This document shows positions 42,391 to 52,492 of a DNA stretch of 58,664 bases, one piece after another. The notes under the pieces are model-generated. The model was not told the DNA's origin. It did not search any database and saw nothing but the letters and a program-made list of their open reading frames with translations. Location: the NCBI GenBank assembly GCA_943349395.1, contig CALQZH010000002.1, positions 25,745 to 84,408 on the forward strand. Reading direction: 5' to 3'. The DNA is from Parcubacteria group bacterium. Its GTDB lineage: Bacteria; Patescibacteriota; Minisyncoccia; UBA6257; UBA11618. Within the stretch, counting starts at the first letter, position 1; every line of letters begins with the position of its first letter. Both the position numbers and the translations under genes were made by a program.

Positions 42391-43803
42391 ATGGCAAAAT
42401 TCTACCTTACTACCTCTATCGCATACGTGAACGGCGCGCCGCATATCGGCCACACGCTCGAATTCGTCCAGGCGGACGCGTTCGTCAGGTGGCGGAGGAG
42501 CGAGGGTGACACGGCATATTTTTTGACGGGCACCGACGAGCACGGGGCGAAGATCGCCCGGGCGGCAGAGGCGGAAGGCGTGACGCCCCAGGCGCTCACG
42601 GACCGCAACTCGGCGCGGTTCCGGGCGCTCAAGGAATCGCTCAGCCTCTCGTGGGACGAGTTCATACGCACGACTGACAGGGAGCGGCATTGGCCGAACG
42701 TGGAAAAGGTGTGGCGCGCGCTCGTCGCGAAAGGCGATATCTATACGAAGACGTATAAGGGCCTGTATTGCGTGGGCCACGAGGCTTTCGTGACCGAGAA
42801 GGACCTCGAGAACGGCATCTGCCGCGATCACAACGCCGCGCCCGAGGCGATCGAGGAGGAGAATTACTTTTTCCGGCTCTCGAAGTACGCGGCAGAGGTG
42901 AAGAAGCGCATCGAGAGCGGGGAGTTGAAGATTGTCCCGCACGGCAGGGCGAAGGAGATCGTGAATTTCATAGATCAGGGAATTGAGGATATCAGCTTTT
43001 CGCGCCCGCGGAAGGACCTGTCGTGGGGAATTCCCGTGCCGGGGGACGATGCGCAGACGATCTACGTGTGGTGCGACGCGCTCGTGAATTATCTGGCACC
43101 GGGCGAGTGGTGGCCGGCCGACGTGCATATGATCGGCAAGGATATCCTGAGGTTCCACGCGCTCTATTGGCCGGCGATGCTCTTGTCGGCCGATCTTCCG
43201 CTCCCGAAGGCGCTCTTCGTGCACGGGCATATAACGTCGGGCGGGCAGAAGATGTCGAAGACCTTGGGGAACGTGGCGGATCCCGCGGACCTCGTCGCCC
43301 GCTACGGCACCGACCCCGTGCGGTACTACCTCCTGCGCGAGATCCCGCCCACGGACGACGGGGATTTCAGCGAGGAGAAGTTCCTCGAGCGGTACGAAGG
43401 CGACCTGGCGAACGGGCTCGGTAATTTTTCCGCCCGCGTTACGGCATTAAGTAAGCGGGTAGGCGCGGAACGCGTTGAAAATCCGGAAGAGGGCGTGAAG
43501 GAGGCTATCGCCGCGGCACGATCAGGCATAAAGGAGAAAATGGGCGAGTATAGGTTCCATGAGGCTTTGGCGACGCTCTGGGAGTTGATCGCCTTCGGCA
43601 ACCGCTACGTGAACGAGCATAAGCCCTGGGATAAGGAGGTCCCCGAAGCCGAGGCGAAGGCGGCGATAGGAAACGCCCTCGCGATTCTCGCGGAGGTCGC
43701 GACGCTCCTTATGCCCTTCATGCCTGGCACGGCGGAGAAAATCATGAACGGCGAGGCGGCAATGCTCTTCCCACGCATGGCTCCGATAGCCGGAAAGGCT
43801 TGA
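42391..43803 (+). CDS. metG: methionine--tRNA ligase
   Basis: HIGH motif (NGAPHIGHTLEF) and KMSKS motif (GQKMSKTLGN). Confidence 0.95.
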   Translation: MAKFYLTTSIAYVNGAPHIGHTLEFVQADAFVRWRRSEGDTAYFLTGTDEHGAKIARAAEAEGVTPQALTDRNSARFRALKESLSLSWDEFIRTTDRERHWPNVEKVWRALVAKGDIYTKTYKGLYCVGHEAFVTEKDLENGICRDHNAAPEAIEEENYFFRLSKYAAEVKKRIESGELKIVPHGRAKEIVNFIDQGIEDISFSRPRKDLSWGIPVPGDDAQTIYVWCDALVNYLAPGEWWPADVHMIGKDILRFHALYWPAMLLSADLPLPKALFVHGHITSGGQKMSKTLGNVADPADLVARYGTDPVRYYLLREIPPTDDGDFSEEKFLERYEGDLANGLGNFSARVTALSKRVGAERVENPEEGVKEAIAAARSGIKEKMGEYRFHEALATLWELIAFGNRYVNEHKPWDKEVPEAEAKAAIGNALAILAEVATLLMPFMPGTAEKIMNGEAAMLFPRMAPIAGKA

Positions 43804-43892
43804 CTTTTCCGAAATTACCTGCTACCTTATGTCATGCGCGCTCGACTGCTGGGCGCGCCTTTTGTTCCCTAGTTCTTTGGAGGGTGTAGTCG

Positions 43893-44321
43893 ATGGCAGA
43901 TGTTAGACGCAGTAATGGACATGTCTCGGCGGATGCATGGTGGTCGGGATGGGAGGTGGCTATTGCGCCGCCGCATCATCCGGCCGGTCCCGATATCGGC
44001 CTCGTGGTGCATATGATCGAGGTTGTCGGGAGCAATCATCGACGATGTGTCGATTCGCGCCTGGTGCTCCGGCATGATCGCCGCCTAGACGAGCTCGTTT
44101 GGGATGAGGGACGCATGCGCCTCCACGCTGTCTCGACATGGTCAGGCGTGCATAAGACGCCGGCGAAGATCATGGAGACGTTGGTGAATAATTCCTTGCA
44201 GACGGGGAGCATGATGACGCTGCTCTTCCTGCCGGAGAAATTCCGTTGCCGCAGCGAAGTGGAATTCATGGATGCGAAATTCCTCTCGGTGGAGATCATG
44301 AGCCTCGCGACGGCGTCATAG
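43893..44321 (+). CDS. hypothetical protein (142 aa)
   Basis: GGAGGG lies upstream. The strong terminator GGGGGTtCGCCGG...CCGGCGaCCCCC+TTTTT follows at about 44355-44395. Confidence 0.5.
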   Translation: MADVRRSNGHVSADAWWSGWEVAIAPPHHPAGPDIGLVVHMIEVVGSNHRRCVDSRLVLRHDRRLDELVWDEGRMRLHAVSTWSGVHKTPAKIMETLVNNSLQTGSMMTLLFLPEKFRCRSEVEFMDAKFLSVEIMSLATAS

Positions 44322-44484
44322 GTACTGGTCCCGACATTGCGAGGGTGAAGGTGGGGGTTCGCCGGTTTCGTTCCGGCGACCCCCTTTTTATTTCGCATGC
44401 ATGCGAAATAATCCTCCATAGCCTTGGCGACGGAGGATATTCATTATTTGAAAATTACCACGTGATACTTGATACTTCTCGCAT

Positions 44485-45264
44485 ATGAACTTCGACGCGC
44501 ATAGCCATCTCCAGCTTCCGGAATACGATGCCGACAGGGCGGCAACCATCGCACGCATGAGGGCTGCGGGCGTGGGAACCATAACCGTCGGCGTCGACTA
44601 CTCATCGTCCGAGGCTGCGCTCAGGCTCGCGGAAGAGCATCCCGATGCCATATGGGCGTCGGTCGGCACGCACCCGGCAGATGGCGGCTTGGATGCCTTC
44701 GATGAGCCAGCGCTCGAGCGGCAGGCGGCGCACCCGAAAGCGGTCGCGATCGGCGAGTGCGGGCTCGATTATTACCGCCCCCTAACGGATGCGGTAAAGA
44801 ATATGCAGTAAGAGGTCTTTCTCGCGCATTGCCGGGTTGCGTAGAAGGCCGGGAAGCCGCTTATGATCCATTGCCGGCCGAGCAAGGGCACGGACGACGC
44901 CTACGACGACCTCGTCGCTATCCTGGAAGCCGTGCATCCCAAGCTGAAAGCTATTATCATTCACTTCTTCGTCGGTTCTCCGCGGGTCGCCGAAAAGCTT
45001 CTCGCGCTCGGGTGCCATTTCACCTTCGGGGGGGTCGTGACCTTCGCGCGGGATTATGACGCCTCGATCGCGCTCATCCCTGCGGATCGCATGATGGCGG
45101 AGACCGACGCGCCGTTCGTAGCGCCCGTGCCGTATCGCGGAACGCGCAATGAGCCGGCATATGTCGTGGAAGTAATCCGGAAGCTCGCGGAGCTGAAAGG
45201 CATGGATTTCGAGGCGTTCCGGGCCCAGACGGGGGAGACGGTGCGTGCCGTCTTCGGGATTTGA
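44485..45264 (+). pseudogene. tatD: TatD-family metal-dependent DNase interrupted by two in-frame stops
   Basis: A single frame encodes FDAHSHL..., GECGLDYY and ...LMIHCR...AETDAPF. It contains TAA at 44809-44811 and TAG at 44842-44844 (…KNMQ*EVFLAHCRVA*KAGKPLMIHCR…). Confidence 0.7.
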
Positions 45265-45296
45265 CGATACGGCTAGTTTTCTGATACTTTTACCCT

Positions 45297-45710
45297 ATGG
45301 ACGTTACTTCAGGAAAAGACGAGAAACGGGAATACGAGCTCGCGGTCATTGCCGCGGAGGAGTCGTATGAGGCTGTCTTTGGCGCGACGATCGAGATCGT
45401 GCAGAAAGAGGGGCCGAAGCCGATAGCCTTGGCCTACCCCATCAAGAAGCATCTCTCCGCCTATATGCGCGTCTACGTGTTCCAGGCCCTGCCTGCCGAT
45501 GCTGCGACGCTCAATGCCTCGATCGAGGCCGACCAATCGATACTTCGCCACATGATGATCACCCCGGCGATCGCGGTGCGCCGCGAGAGCCGCGCGCACG
45601 AGGCGAAGCCGCGCGGCGAAGCCGTCCGTCCGAACTCGCCCGAAGCGGTGAGCAACGCGGCTCTCGAGGCCGCCTTGGAGACTATACAGGGCACCGATGA
45701 ATCTAAATAA
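45297..45710 (+). CDS. rpsF: ribosomal protein bS6
   Basis: REYELAVI...PIALAYPIKKHLSAYMRVYVF...ILRHMMI, and its position upstream of ssb-rpsR. Confidence 0.8.
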   Translation: MDVTSGKDEKREYELAVIAAEESYEAVFGATIEIVQKEGPKPIALAYPIKKHLSAYMRVYVFQALPADAATLNASIEADQSILRHMMITPAIAVRRESRAHEAKPRGEAVRPNSPEAVSNAALEAALETIQGTDESK

Positions 45711-46200
45711 GGTATTCCTCTTGGGCAGGCTCACTGCCGATCCGATATCCCGCACGACGCCGTCCGGCCAGCAGGTCGCGACGTTTTCCATAGCGACGAA
45801 CCGTGTCTGGTACGACAAGGTGAGCGGGAAGAAGGAGGACGTGCAGTTCCATAATATCGTGGTATGGGGCAAGCAGGCGGACGTCGCCCAGCGATTCTTG
45901 ACGAAGGGCGGAGTCGTATTCATAGAAGGCCGCCTGCAGACGCGGGCGTGGGACGACAAGGCGGGGCAGAAGCGCCGCACGACGGAGATCATCGCCGAGT
46001 CGCTCCAGCTCGGGCCGCGGCCCATGGGCATGGGCCAGCCGGCGGGTGCCGCGGGAATGGGCGAGCAGAGGACGGGCGGCGGTTTCGCGCCGCAGGAGCC
46101 GGCGCTCCCCGAACTCCCGACGGTCGAGCTGGGCGAGGGATCGGCACATGACTTCCCGGCCCCCGAAGAGGGCATCAACCCGAACGACTTGAATTTTTAA
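45697..46200 (+). CDS. ssb: single-stranded DNA-binding protein
   Basis: MNLNKVFLLGRLTADP...FSIATNR...FHNIVVWGKQAD...VFIEGRLQTRAWDD. It has a Gly/Pro-rich tail ending DLNF. Confidence 0.95.
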   Translation: MNLNKVFLLGRLTADPISRTTPSGQQVATFSIATNRVWYDKVSGKKEDVQFHNIVVWGKQADVAQRFLTKGGVVFIEGRLQTRAWDDKAGQKRRTTEIIAESLQLGPRPMGMGQPAGAAGMGEQRTGGGFAPQEPALPELPTVELGEGSAHDFPAPEEGINPNDLNF

Positions 46201-46231
46201 GGACTGAAGCGTATACTCCTAGGACATTCGT

Positions 46232-46441
46232 ATGAAAGAAAGCCAATGCTTTTTCTGCTCGCAGGACGTGATGGAGATCGATTACAAGGATACCGATCTG
46301 CTCCGCTCGTTCACGTCCGGCCAGTGCAAGATAATCGATCCCCGCTATAGCGGCATTTGCGCGCGCCACCAGCGACTCCTCGCCCGCGCCATAAAGCGTT
46401 CCCGCATCCTGGGCCTCCTGCCCTTCGTGCGCCTGCAATAA
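46232..46441 (+). CDS. rpsR: ribosomal protein bS18
   Basis: CFFCSQ...IDYKDTDLLRSF...GKIIDPRYSGICARHQRLLARAIKRSRILGLLPF. Confidence 0.9.
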   Translation: MKESQCFFCSQDVMEIDYKDTDLLRSFTSGQCKIIDPRYSGICARHQRLLARAIKRSRILGLLPFVRLQ

Positions 46442-46455
46442 TTCCGGGGATTCCT

Positions 46456-47016
46456 ATGGATACGGCTCTTGCGCAATCGTTGCATGGCCTCTGGGGAAAA
46501 GTGCCCATGCTCGACGCCGCGTTCGCCCTCTCGGCATCGTTCCTTCCCTACGTGCTCGTCACGGCATTTGTCGCGATGTTCTGGGGCGTTTCGGGCGGGA
46601 GCGAAGGGTCAGCGTTCGCGCGACGTACGCGACGCCTCTATGCGGCGCTCGGCGTGGCGATCGCGATAATCGTCGCGTTCGGCGTGATCATTCCGGCGAT
46701 TCGGCTCGGCTATGCGCCGGAGCGCCCGTTTGCCGCGTTCGGGTGGAAGCCCCTGATCGCCATGTCGCCGGATGCGCCCTCGTTCCCGTCAGGCCACGCG
46801 ACGCTCCTCTTCCTCGTCGCGACGGCGATGTGGCAGGGGAACAGGAACAGGGGCTACTGGCTCTTCGCCGGAGCCGCGCTGGTCTCCTTCGCGCGCGTAT
46901 ATGCCGGTGTGCATTTCCCGATAGATATCCTGTGCGGCGCCCTGCTCGGCATCCTTTCGATGCTCCTCGCGCGGAAAGCGCTTCCGCCGCTTCACGGGTC
47001 GGTGTATCATTCATAG
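46456..47016 (+). CDS. PAP2-family phosphatase (undecaprenyl-diphosphatase-like)
   Basis: PAP2 motifs SFPSGHA and YAGVHFPIDILCGALLG. I take the ATG at 46456. The track's N-terminal extension overlaps rpsR. Confidence 0.8.
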   Translation: MDTALAQSLHGLWGKVPMLDAAFALSASFLPYVLVTAFVAMFWGVSGGSEGSAFARRTRRLYAALGVAIAIIVAFGVIIPAIRLGYAPERPFAAFGWKPLIAMSPDAPSFPSGHATLLFLVATAMWQGNRNRGYWLFAGAALVSFARVYAGVHFPIDILCGALLGILSMLLARKALPPLHGSVYHS

Positions 47017-48528
47017 GTGAGCCGAGAACGAGCATACGTATGGCCGATATTGGTCGGCGTCGGAATCATTTTCATACTCGCGAACTTCTTGTGGCTGTAT
47101 CCCTTCGTGCGCGACGTGGAGCAGGGAGCGACGCGATACCAGGCGGAGGTCGCGCGGCGTGTCGCGGGCAGGGCCGATTTTTTCCTGGAAAAGAAATTAC
47201 GCGAGATGGGCGAGCTCGCGCTCGACGTGCTCGAGGCGAACGCGGATTCGCGGAAGATGCCCGTGATCGCGGCCAAGTTCCTCGGGCGCCATCCCGATTT
47301 CATCGCCATCGATTTCGTTCCGGTAGGCGTCTCGTCGGCCGTATATAGCGTAGGGCCCGTCACGCAGGCGAATGGCAGGAAGACCATCGTGATCACCGCT
47401 CCCTTGCCCTATGCGTCGCTCGCGGTGAAGGCGACGGTGACGATCGGGGACGTCGTGGGGGGGATCGCGCGGGAGCGCGTGGGGTCGTTCGGGCGGGTGT
47501 ATGTCATCGACCGGGCGGGCAATGTCGTCTTCCACCAATACGAGGGAATCGTGAACGGGTCTGTCGCGATCGCGCGGCCGTTCATGTCGGTCGAGGGCGG
47601 GGCAGGCACGTATCGCAACGAGGCGGGGACGGACGTAACGGGCGTCGCCATCTTCGCCTCCGGGGTCGGCTGGACGGTCGTCGCCGAGGACCCGCTCTCG
47701 GAAGCATGGGCGCGGAAATACCAGGCGATACGGCTCGCGATATTCCTCATGATACTCGGGTTCATCCTTCTCATGCTCCTCGCCTGGAGCACGAAGAAAG
47801 TCATGGGCATCGCCGAGCGCGAGCGCCTGCTGTCCGCCGCGAAGAGCGAATATGTATCCCTCCTCGCGCACCAATTACGCACGCCGCTCGCGGGGACGAA
47901 GTGGAATCTGAAGACGCTCGCCGACGGCGATTGGGGTCCGCTGAACGCGAAGCAGAAGAAGTTCCTGGAGCGGAGCTACGAGACGAACGAGCAGATGATC
48001 GCGCTCGTGCGCGACCTCTTGGACATCACGCGCATCGAGGAGGGGCGGTACGGGTTCGAGCTTAAGAAGGAGGACGTGGGGACGTTCCTCGCGAAGGTGG
48101 TGAACGAGTTCCGTGACCAGGCGAAGGTTGCGGGAATATCGCTCGTCCTGAAGAAGCCGCGCGGGAGAGTGAAGGTTCCGCAGATCGCGCTCGACGCGGA
48201 GAAGATGGCGATGGCCGTGGGTAACCTGATCGACAACGCGATCCGATACAACAAGCCGAAGGGGTCAGTCGAGGTCGGGTTCGCGCGCGAGGGGTCGAAT
48301 GTCGCGATCACCGTGGCGGATACGGGGGTAGGGGTCCCGAAGGGGCAGGTCGGCCAGCTCTTCGGGAAGTTCTTCCGGGGAGAGAACGTGGTGAAGATGC
48401 AGGTGCAGGGCTTCGGCCTGGGGCTCTTCATCGTGAAGAACATTATCGAGAAGCATGGCGGCGCGATCGCCGTCGAGTCGAAGGAAAACGAGGGGACTAC
48501 GTTTACGATAACGCTCCCGGCGCGGTAG
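47017..48528 (+). CDS. sensor histidine kinase
   Basis: Two TM segments flank an extracytoplasmic domain. H-box (SEYVSLLAHQLRTPL), N-box (LIDNAIRYN) and G-boxes (DTGVGVP, GFGLGL). GTG start. Confidence 0.9.
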   Translation: MSRERAYVWPILVGVGIIFILANFLWLYPFVRDVEQGATRYQAEVARRVAGRADFFLEKKLREMGELALDVLEANADSRKMPVIAAKFLGRHPDFIAIDFVPVGVSSAVYSVGPVTQANGRKTIVITAPLPYASLAVKATVTIGDVVGGIARERVGSFGRVYVIDRAGNVVFHQYEGIVNGSVAIARPFMSVEGGAGTYRNEAGTDVTGVAIFASGVGWTVVAEDPLSEAWARKYQAIRLAIFLMILGFILLMLLAWSTKKVMGIAERERLLSAAKSEYVSLLAHQLRTPLAGTKWNLKTLADGDWGPLNAKQKKFLERSYETNEQMIALVRDLLDITRIEEGRYGFELKKEDVGTFLAKVVNEFRDQAKVAGISLVLKKPRGRVKVPQIALDAEKMAMAVGNLIDNAIRYNKPKGSVEVGFAREGSNVAITVADTGVGVPKGQVGQLFGKFFRGENVVKMQVQGFGLGLFIVKNIIEKHGGAIAVESKENEGTTFTITLPAR

Positions 48529-48537
48529 CATAATGAT

Positions 48538-48903
48538 ATGAAAAAGACGGTCCTGGTGGTCGAGGATGACAAGTACCTGCGCGAGGTCCTGGTCGAGAAG
48601 CTGAAGAAGGACGGCTTCGAGGTCGTGGAGGTGATGGACGGCCAGGCGGGACTCGCGGCGACCGCGAAGAAGAAGCCCGACATCGTGGTCTTGGATATAA
48701 TCCTGCCGATCATGAACGGGTTCGATTATCTGGAGGCGAAGGGGAAGGACGCGTCGATCAAAGATATTCCGGTTATCATATTGAGCAATCTCGGGCAGAA
48801 GGAGGATGTGGAGCGGGGGATGAAGCTCGGCGCGAAGGACTATATCGTGAAGGCGCATTTCACGCCGAATGACCTGATCGCGAAGATCCAGGGGATCATA
48901 TAA
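48538..48903 (+). CDS. single-domain response regulator (receiver only)
   Basis: VLVVEDD...DIVVLDIILPIMNG...PVIILSNLG...GAKDYIVK. Confidence 0.9.
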   Translation: MKKTVLVVEDDKYLREVLVEKLKKDGFEVVEVMDGQAGLAATAKKKPDIVVLDIILPIMNGFDYLEAKGKDASIKDIPVIILSNLGQKEDVERGMKLGAKDYIVKAHFTPNDLIAKIQGII

Positions 48904-48968
48904 GCAGGCATGAGAAAGCCCGGCCGAATGTCGGCCGGGCTTTTTTTGGCGGAATCCCGTAAGAGTCC

Positions 48969-50219
48969 TCATTTGCTATCGTAGTCATCGTCGCTTCCGT
49001 CCGAGGTCTGTCCGCTCTCGATGGCCGCGAGGGCCATGGTTTGGGCGAGCGGATTCGGAGGGTCGCGAGGTATCTGCATCTCTTCGAACTGCATGATGCA
49101 TTCCTCGATATCGAGCCGTTTGCTCGGCTCGAAAACCGTCATACCATCAAACACTTCGATCATGGCCTGCGGCAGATACGCTGCTTCGGGAAGAAGTTCC
49201 CTGAGCGGTGTCGGAGTCTTTCCCTGCAGGAGCAGGGTGAGGATTTCGTTGCCGTTTGGGTGGAAGCTCTCAGTATGGAAGGGCAGCCTGCCCGTAAGGA
49301 CGTATTTCCATGTCTCGCCGAGGGAGTAAACGTCGGAAGCGTTGACGTGTCTTCCCTTCGCCTGCTCGGGAGGCATGAACATGACGGTTCCGAGCATGCC
49401 GCCGTGCGTGAGCGTGGCATCGAGAGCATCGGGATCGCTTTCCCGGGCCAAGCCGAAATCCGTCAGCTTGGCATTACATCTTCCCAAGGGATCACCTCCT
49501 CCGGAATGGCCGCCTTCGACACTGCCGCTTTCGGCACTGGCTCGGCGCTTGCCCGGCGCTAAGGCGATCAGGATATTCGCCGGCTTGATGTCCCGGCTCG
49601 TGACTCCCACGTGCGGATTGTGGGCGTACGCGAGTGCCTGGCATGTCTGGAGTATGAGATGACGTGCGAGGCGGAGCGGAAAGCGGTGACCGAGGGCCTT
49701 TCCGAGCGCTTCGAGGTCGCAGTCATGGTCTTCGTAGACCAGGACGACAGCGACCGGTTCGCCGTTTTCGTCATAGAGCACGTCGCTGTGATAGAGCTCG
49801 ACGATGCCCGGATGATTCACGAGATATCCCGCGACTTTCGCTTCGCGCCGGGCCCTCTTCAGGATTACAGCCTTCTTTTTCTGTTCCATGCCAGCGAGCA
49901 TAATGAACTTGACGACGACGGGGCGCATGAGTCGCCGGGGATCCGGCCAGATGCACTGCTCTGCGTGCCAGAGCGTCGAGAGTCCGGTTGTCGTGAGCGC
50001 TTTCGTGAGAACATAGTCGGTTCCCGGCAAGCGCATGCCGACCGAGGGCCGGAAATGGGTGGGAAAGACCATGCTTTCCTTTCCCGAAAGATGGGAAATG
50101 ATCGGCCGGGCATCGCCGAGCAGGGCTTCGATGCCCATGGTCGCGACTTCGGGGACACTGGAGAGATGAGCAAGTCCGTTGATGCCATCCAGGATCGTCT
50201 GGAGAGTTGGTCGGGACAT
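48969..50219 (-). CDS. Ser/Thr protein kinase (Hanks-type)
   Basis: VVVKFI (VAIK-like), catalytic loop (TSRDIKPANILI), DFGLARE and MPPEQ. Confidence 0.85.
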   Translation of the reverse strand: MSRPTLQTILDGINGLAHLSSVPEVATMGIEALLGDARPIISHLSGKESMVFPTHFRPSVGMRLPGTDYVLTKALTTTGLSTLWHAEQCIWPDPRRLMRPVVVKFIMLAGMEQKKKAVILKRARREAKVAGYLVNHPGIVELYHSDVLYDENGEPVAVVLVYEDHDCDLEALGKALGHRFPLRLARHLILQTCQALAYAHNPHVGVTSRDIKPANILIALAPGKRRASAESGSVEGGHSGGGDPLGRCNAKLTDFGLARESDPDALDATLTHGGMLGTVMFMPPEQAKGRHVNASDVYSLGETWKYVLTGRLPFHTESFHPNGNEILTLLLQGKTPTPLRELLPEAAYLPQAMIEVFDGMTVFEPSKRLDIEECIMQFEEMQIPRDPPNPLAQTMALAAIESGQTSDGSDDDYDSK

Positions 50220-50335
50220 GAGATGCCTCCTTGGGCAAAAGGGTGATCGGTACGTGTTTTCGAAGGGCGTTAAGAGCCGCCTCTATGATACGTTTTTAGG
50301 ACGATTGCGTCAACGATATTGATTGTCGGGATGCC

Positions 50336-50400
50336 GGGAATCGCCGCCCCATTGCATGGGGCGAGCCTCGCCTCGATACGATCGAGGCGGGAACCTTAGG
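50336..50400 (+). repeat. reduced tRNA-convergent element, copy e (partner: tRNA-Pro)
   Basis: It starts GGGAATCG|CCGCCCC. GGAATCG is the reverse complement of the tRNA-Pro T-loop/stem. Hairpins GCCCC-attgcat-GGGGC and CGCCTCGAT-acg-ATCGAGGCG are present. It ends GGGAACCTTAGG, like the other copies. Confidence 0.4.
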
Positions 50401-50407
50401 ATATTTG

Positions 50408-50478
50408 TCGGAGTAAGCGGAATCGAACCGCTGCTAAATGCCCCCCAGGCACTCGGGCTACCACTACCCTATACTCCG
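50408..50478 (-). tRNA. tRNA-Pro (anticodon GGG)
   Basis: Acceptor CGGAGTA/TACTCCG. Anticodon arm AGTGC-CTGGGGG-GCATT, with G37. T-arm AGCGG-TTCGATT-CCGCT. Confidence 0.85.
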
Positions 50479-50499
50479 TCGATTTGATTATAAAGCGAG

Positions 50500-50685
50500 T
50501 TAAGTCGTTTTCGCGAGCGTCCTACGGCACCGCATGCAGGCCATCACGCGCGGCCCGTTCGGGAGCTTGGTCTTCTGGAGGTTGGGATATTTCCGCGTCC
50601 AGTTGGTGGGGTTGTGGTGGCCGCGCAAAAGCTTGCGGGTTCCGGCCATGATCGATCCTTTTTGGCAGATGAGGCAGTGTTTCAT
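50500..50685 (-). CDS. rpmB: ribosomal protein bL28
   Basis: MKHCLICQKGSIMAGTRKLLRGHHNPTNWTRKYPNLQKTKL...MACMRCRRTLAK. I take the internal ATG at 50685. Confidence 0.8.
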   Translation of the reverse strand: MKHCLICQKGSIMAGTRKLLRGHHNPTNWTRKYPNLQKTKLPNGPRVMACMRCRRTLAKTT

Positions 50686-50788
50686 GCTGTGTAAGCGCCT
50701 GTCGATTTGATGGTTCAGTATACCTTCTACGCCAGCTAAAGTCAAAGCTTCGCTTTGCGGGCCACATAGAGTATTAATAAGGTATCAA

Positions 50789-52492
50789 ATGGGAACCGTC
50801 GTCGAAGACATAAAGGACAAGCTCGATATCGCGGAGGTGATAAAGGGCTATATAACGGTTTCCCCGGCGGGGAAGAATTTCAAGGCATGCTGCCCGTTCC
50901 ACCACGAGAAGACGCCGTCGTTCATGATCTCGCCCGATCGGCGGAGCTGGCACTGCTTCGGCGGGTGCAACGAGGGCGGGGACGTGATCTCGTTCGTGAT
51001 GAAGTACGAGAACGTCGAGTTCTACGACGCCCTGAAGCTCTTGGCCGAGCGGGCGGGAATCGATCCGTCACGGCTTCGTGGCGGGGCGGGCGAGTACCGC
51101 AAGTATGACGCGCTCTATGCCATAAACGAGGCGGCGAAGGAGTTCTTCATCGCGTCCATGCCGCCGCATGTGCGGGAGTACGCCTTGGGCCGGGGCTTGT
51201 CGGAAGCGACGCTCGCGGAGTTCGGCGTAGGCTATGCGCCGAACGAGCCGGACACGCTCTTGCGTACGATGACGAAGCGGGGCTTTTCCGTGCAGGATAT
51301 CTGCGAGGCGGGGGTCGTGTTCCGCACCGAACGCGGCACGTATTGGGACCGGTTCCGGAACAGGCTCATGTTCCCGCTCTATAACCACGTGGGGAAAGTC
51401 GTGGGATTCACCGGCCGCATCATGCCTGATGATCCGAAGGCTGCGGAGCTCGCCAAGTACGTGAATTCGCCCGAGACCCCGATTTTCGCGAAGTCGAAGA
51501 TCCTGTACGGCTTCCACGCGACGAAGGCGCACGTGCGGGAGGCGGGCGCGGCGCTCCTGGTCGAGGGGCAGATGGATTTCCTCATGGCATACCAGGCGGG
51601 GGTGAGGAATGTCGTCGCGACCTCGGGGACGGCGCTCACGGGCGAGCACCTGGAGACGCTCCGCCGCCTGGCCGATACCCTACTCCTCTGTTTCGACAAC
51701 GATGAGGCAGGCCAGCGGGCGATCGAGCGGGGCATCGACCTCGCGCTCGCGCACGACTTCTCGGTGAAGGTGGTCGCCCTGTCGGGGAAGGATCCGGCCG
51801 ATATCGTGCGGGATAATCCGCAAGCGCTCGCCGGGTTCGTCGCGGCGGCAGGCTCGGCGCGCGATTTCTATTTCAATCGCTATCTGCCTCAGTCCGTGGG
51901 GATCTCGCACGATCACGAGGCTCTGAAGCGCGGCGTGCGCGCCGTGCTCCTGAAGGCGAAGGCCTTGCCGTCTCCCTTCGAGCAGTCAGCTTGGCTGAAA
52001 GAGCTCGTGATGCGCACGGGCATGAGCGAGCATGTCCTGCAATCCGAGATGGATCGGCTCGAAGCGCCGCACGGTGCCGTGGTACCCCTTCGCGTATCCG
52101 CCGTTCCGTATGGGCAGGCGCCTGCCGCGGCCCCTGCCGTACGCGAGAGCCGGAAAGGGCTCATAATACGCCGTATCGTGCAGCTGGGAGGGGCGCCCGA
52201 GCTTGCTTCGTTCGCGCCCGAATATGTGGCGCCCGAGATATCTGCCCTGTCGGAAATGAAGGCATCGCTCGACGGGGGTGATATATCTCCCGAAGACCGG
52301 GCGAAGGAAGTGATGCTCTTGGTCGTCGAGCTCGAGCGGGAGTGGCGCAAGGAAAAAATAGCGGTTTTGAAGGGCGCAATCATTGAGGCGCAAGCGATGA
52401 AAGACGAGGTACGTCTCGCTTCGGCGATGCGCGAGTTTGACACTTTCAGCCGCCAATTGCATACTAGGGTTGATGATAAAACGCACAAGTAA
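50789..52492 (+). CDS. dnaG: DNA primase
   Basis: Zinc-binding motif ([25 protein letters not shown]), RNA-polymerase core and TOPRIM ([10 protein letters not shown]...CFDNDEAG). Confidence 0.95.
   Translation: MGTVVEDIKDKLDIAEVIKGYITVSPAGKNFKACCPFHHEKTPSFMISPDRRSWHCFGGCNEGGDVISFVMKYENVEFYDALKLLAERAGIDPSRLRGGAGEYRKYDALYAINEAAKEFFIASMPPHVREYALGRGLSEATLAEFGVGYAPNEPDTLLRTMTKRGFSVQDICEAGVVFRTERGTYWDRFRNRLMFPLYNHVGKVVGFTGRIMPDDPKAAELAKYVNSPETPIFAKSKILYGFHATKAHVREAGAALLVEGQMDFLMAYQAGVRNVVATSGTALTGEHLETLRRLADTLLLCFDNDEAGQRAIERGIDLALAHDFSVKVVALSGKDPADIVRDNPQALAGFVAAAGSARDFYFNRYLPQSVGISHDHEALKRGVRAVLLKAKALPSPFEQSAWLKELVMRTGMSEHVLQSEMDRLEAPHGAVVPLRVSAVPYGQAPAAAPAVRESRKGLIIRRIVQLGGAPELASFAPEYVAPEISALSEMKASLDGGDISPEDRAKEVMLLVVELEREWRKEKIAVLKGAIIEAQAMKDEVRLASAMREFDTFSRQLHTRVDDKTHK

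Noticed and set aside
44809-44844. Stop-codon reassignment or programmed read-through in tatD.
   Set aside because: Two different stop codons are involved. TAA, TAG and TGA all terminate clearly complete, conserved genes elsewhere in the window.
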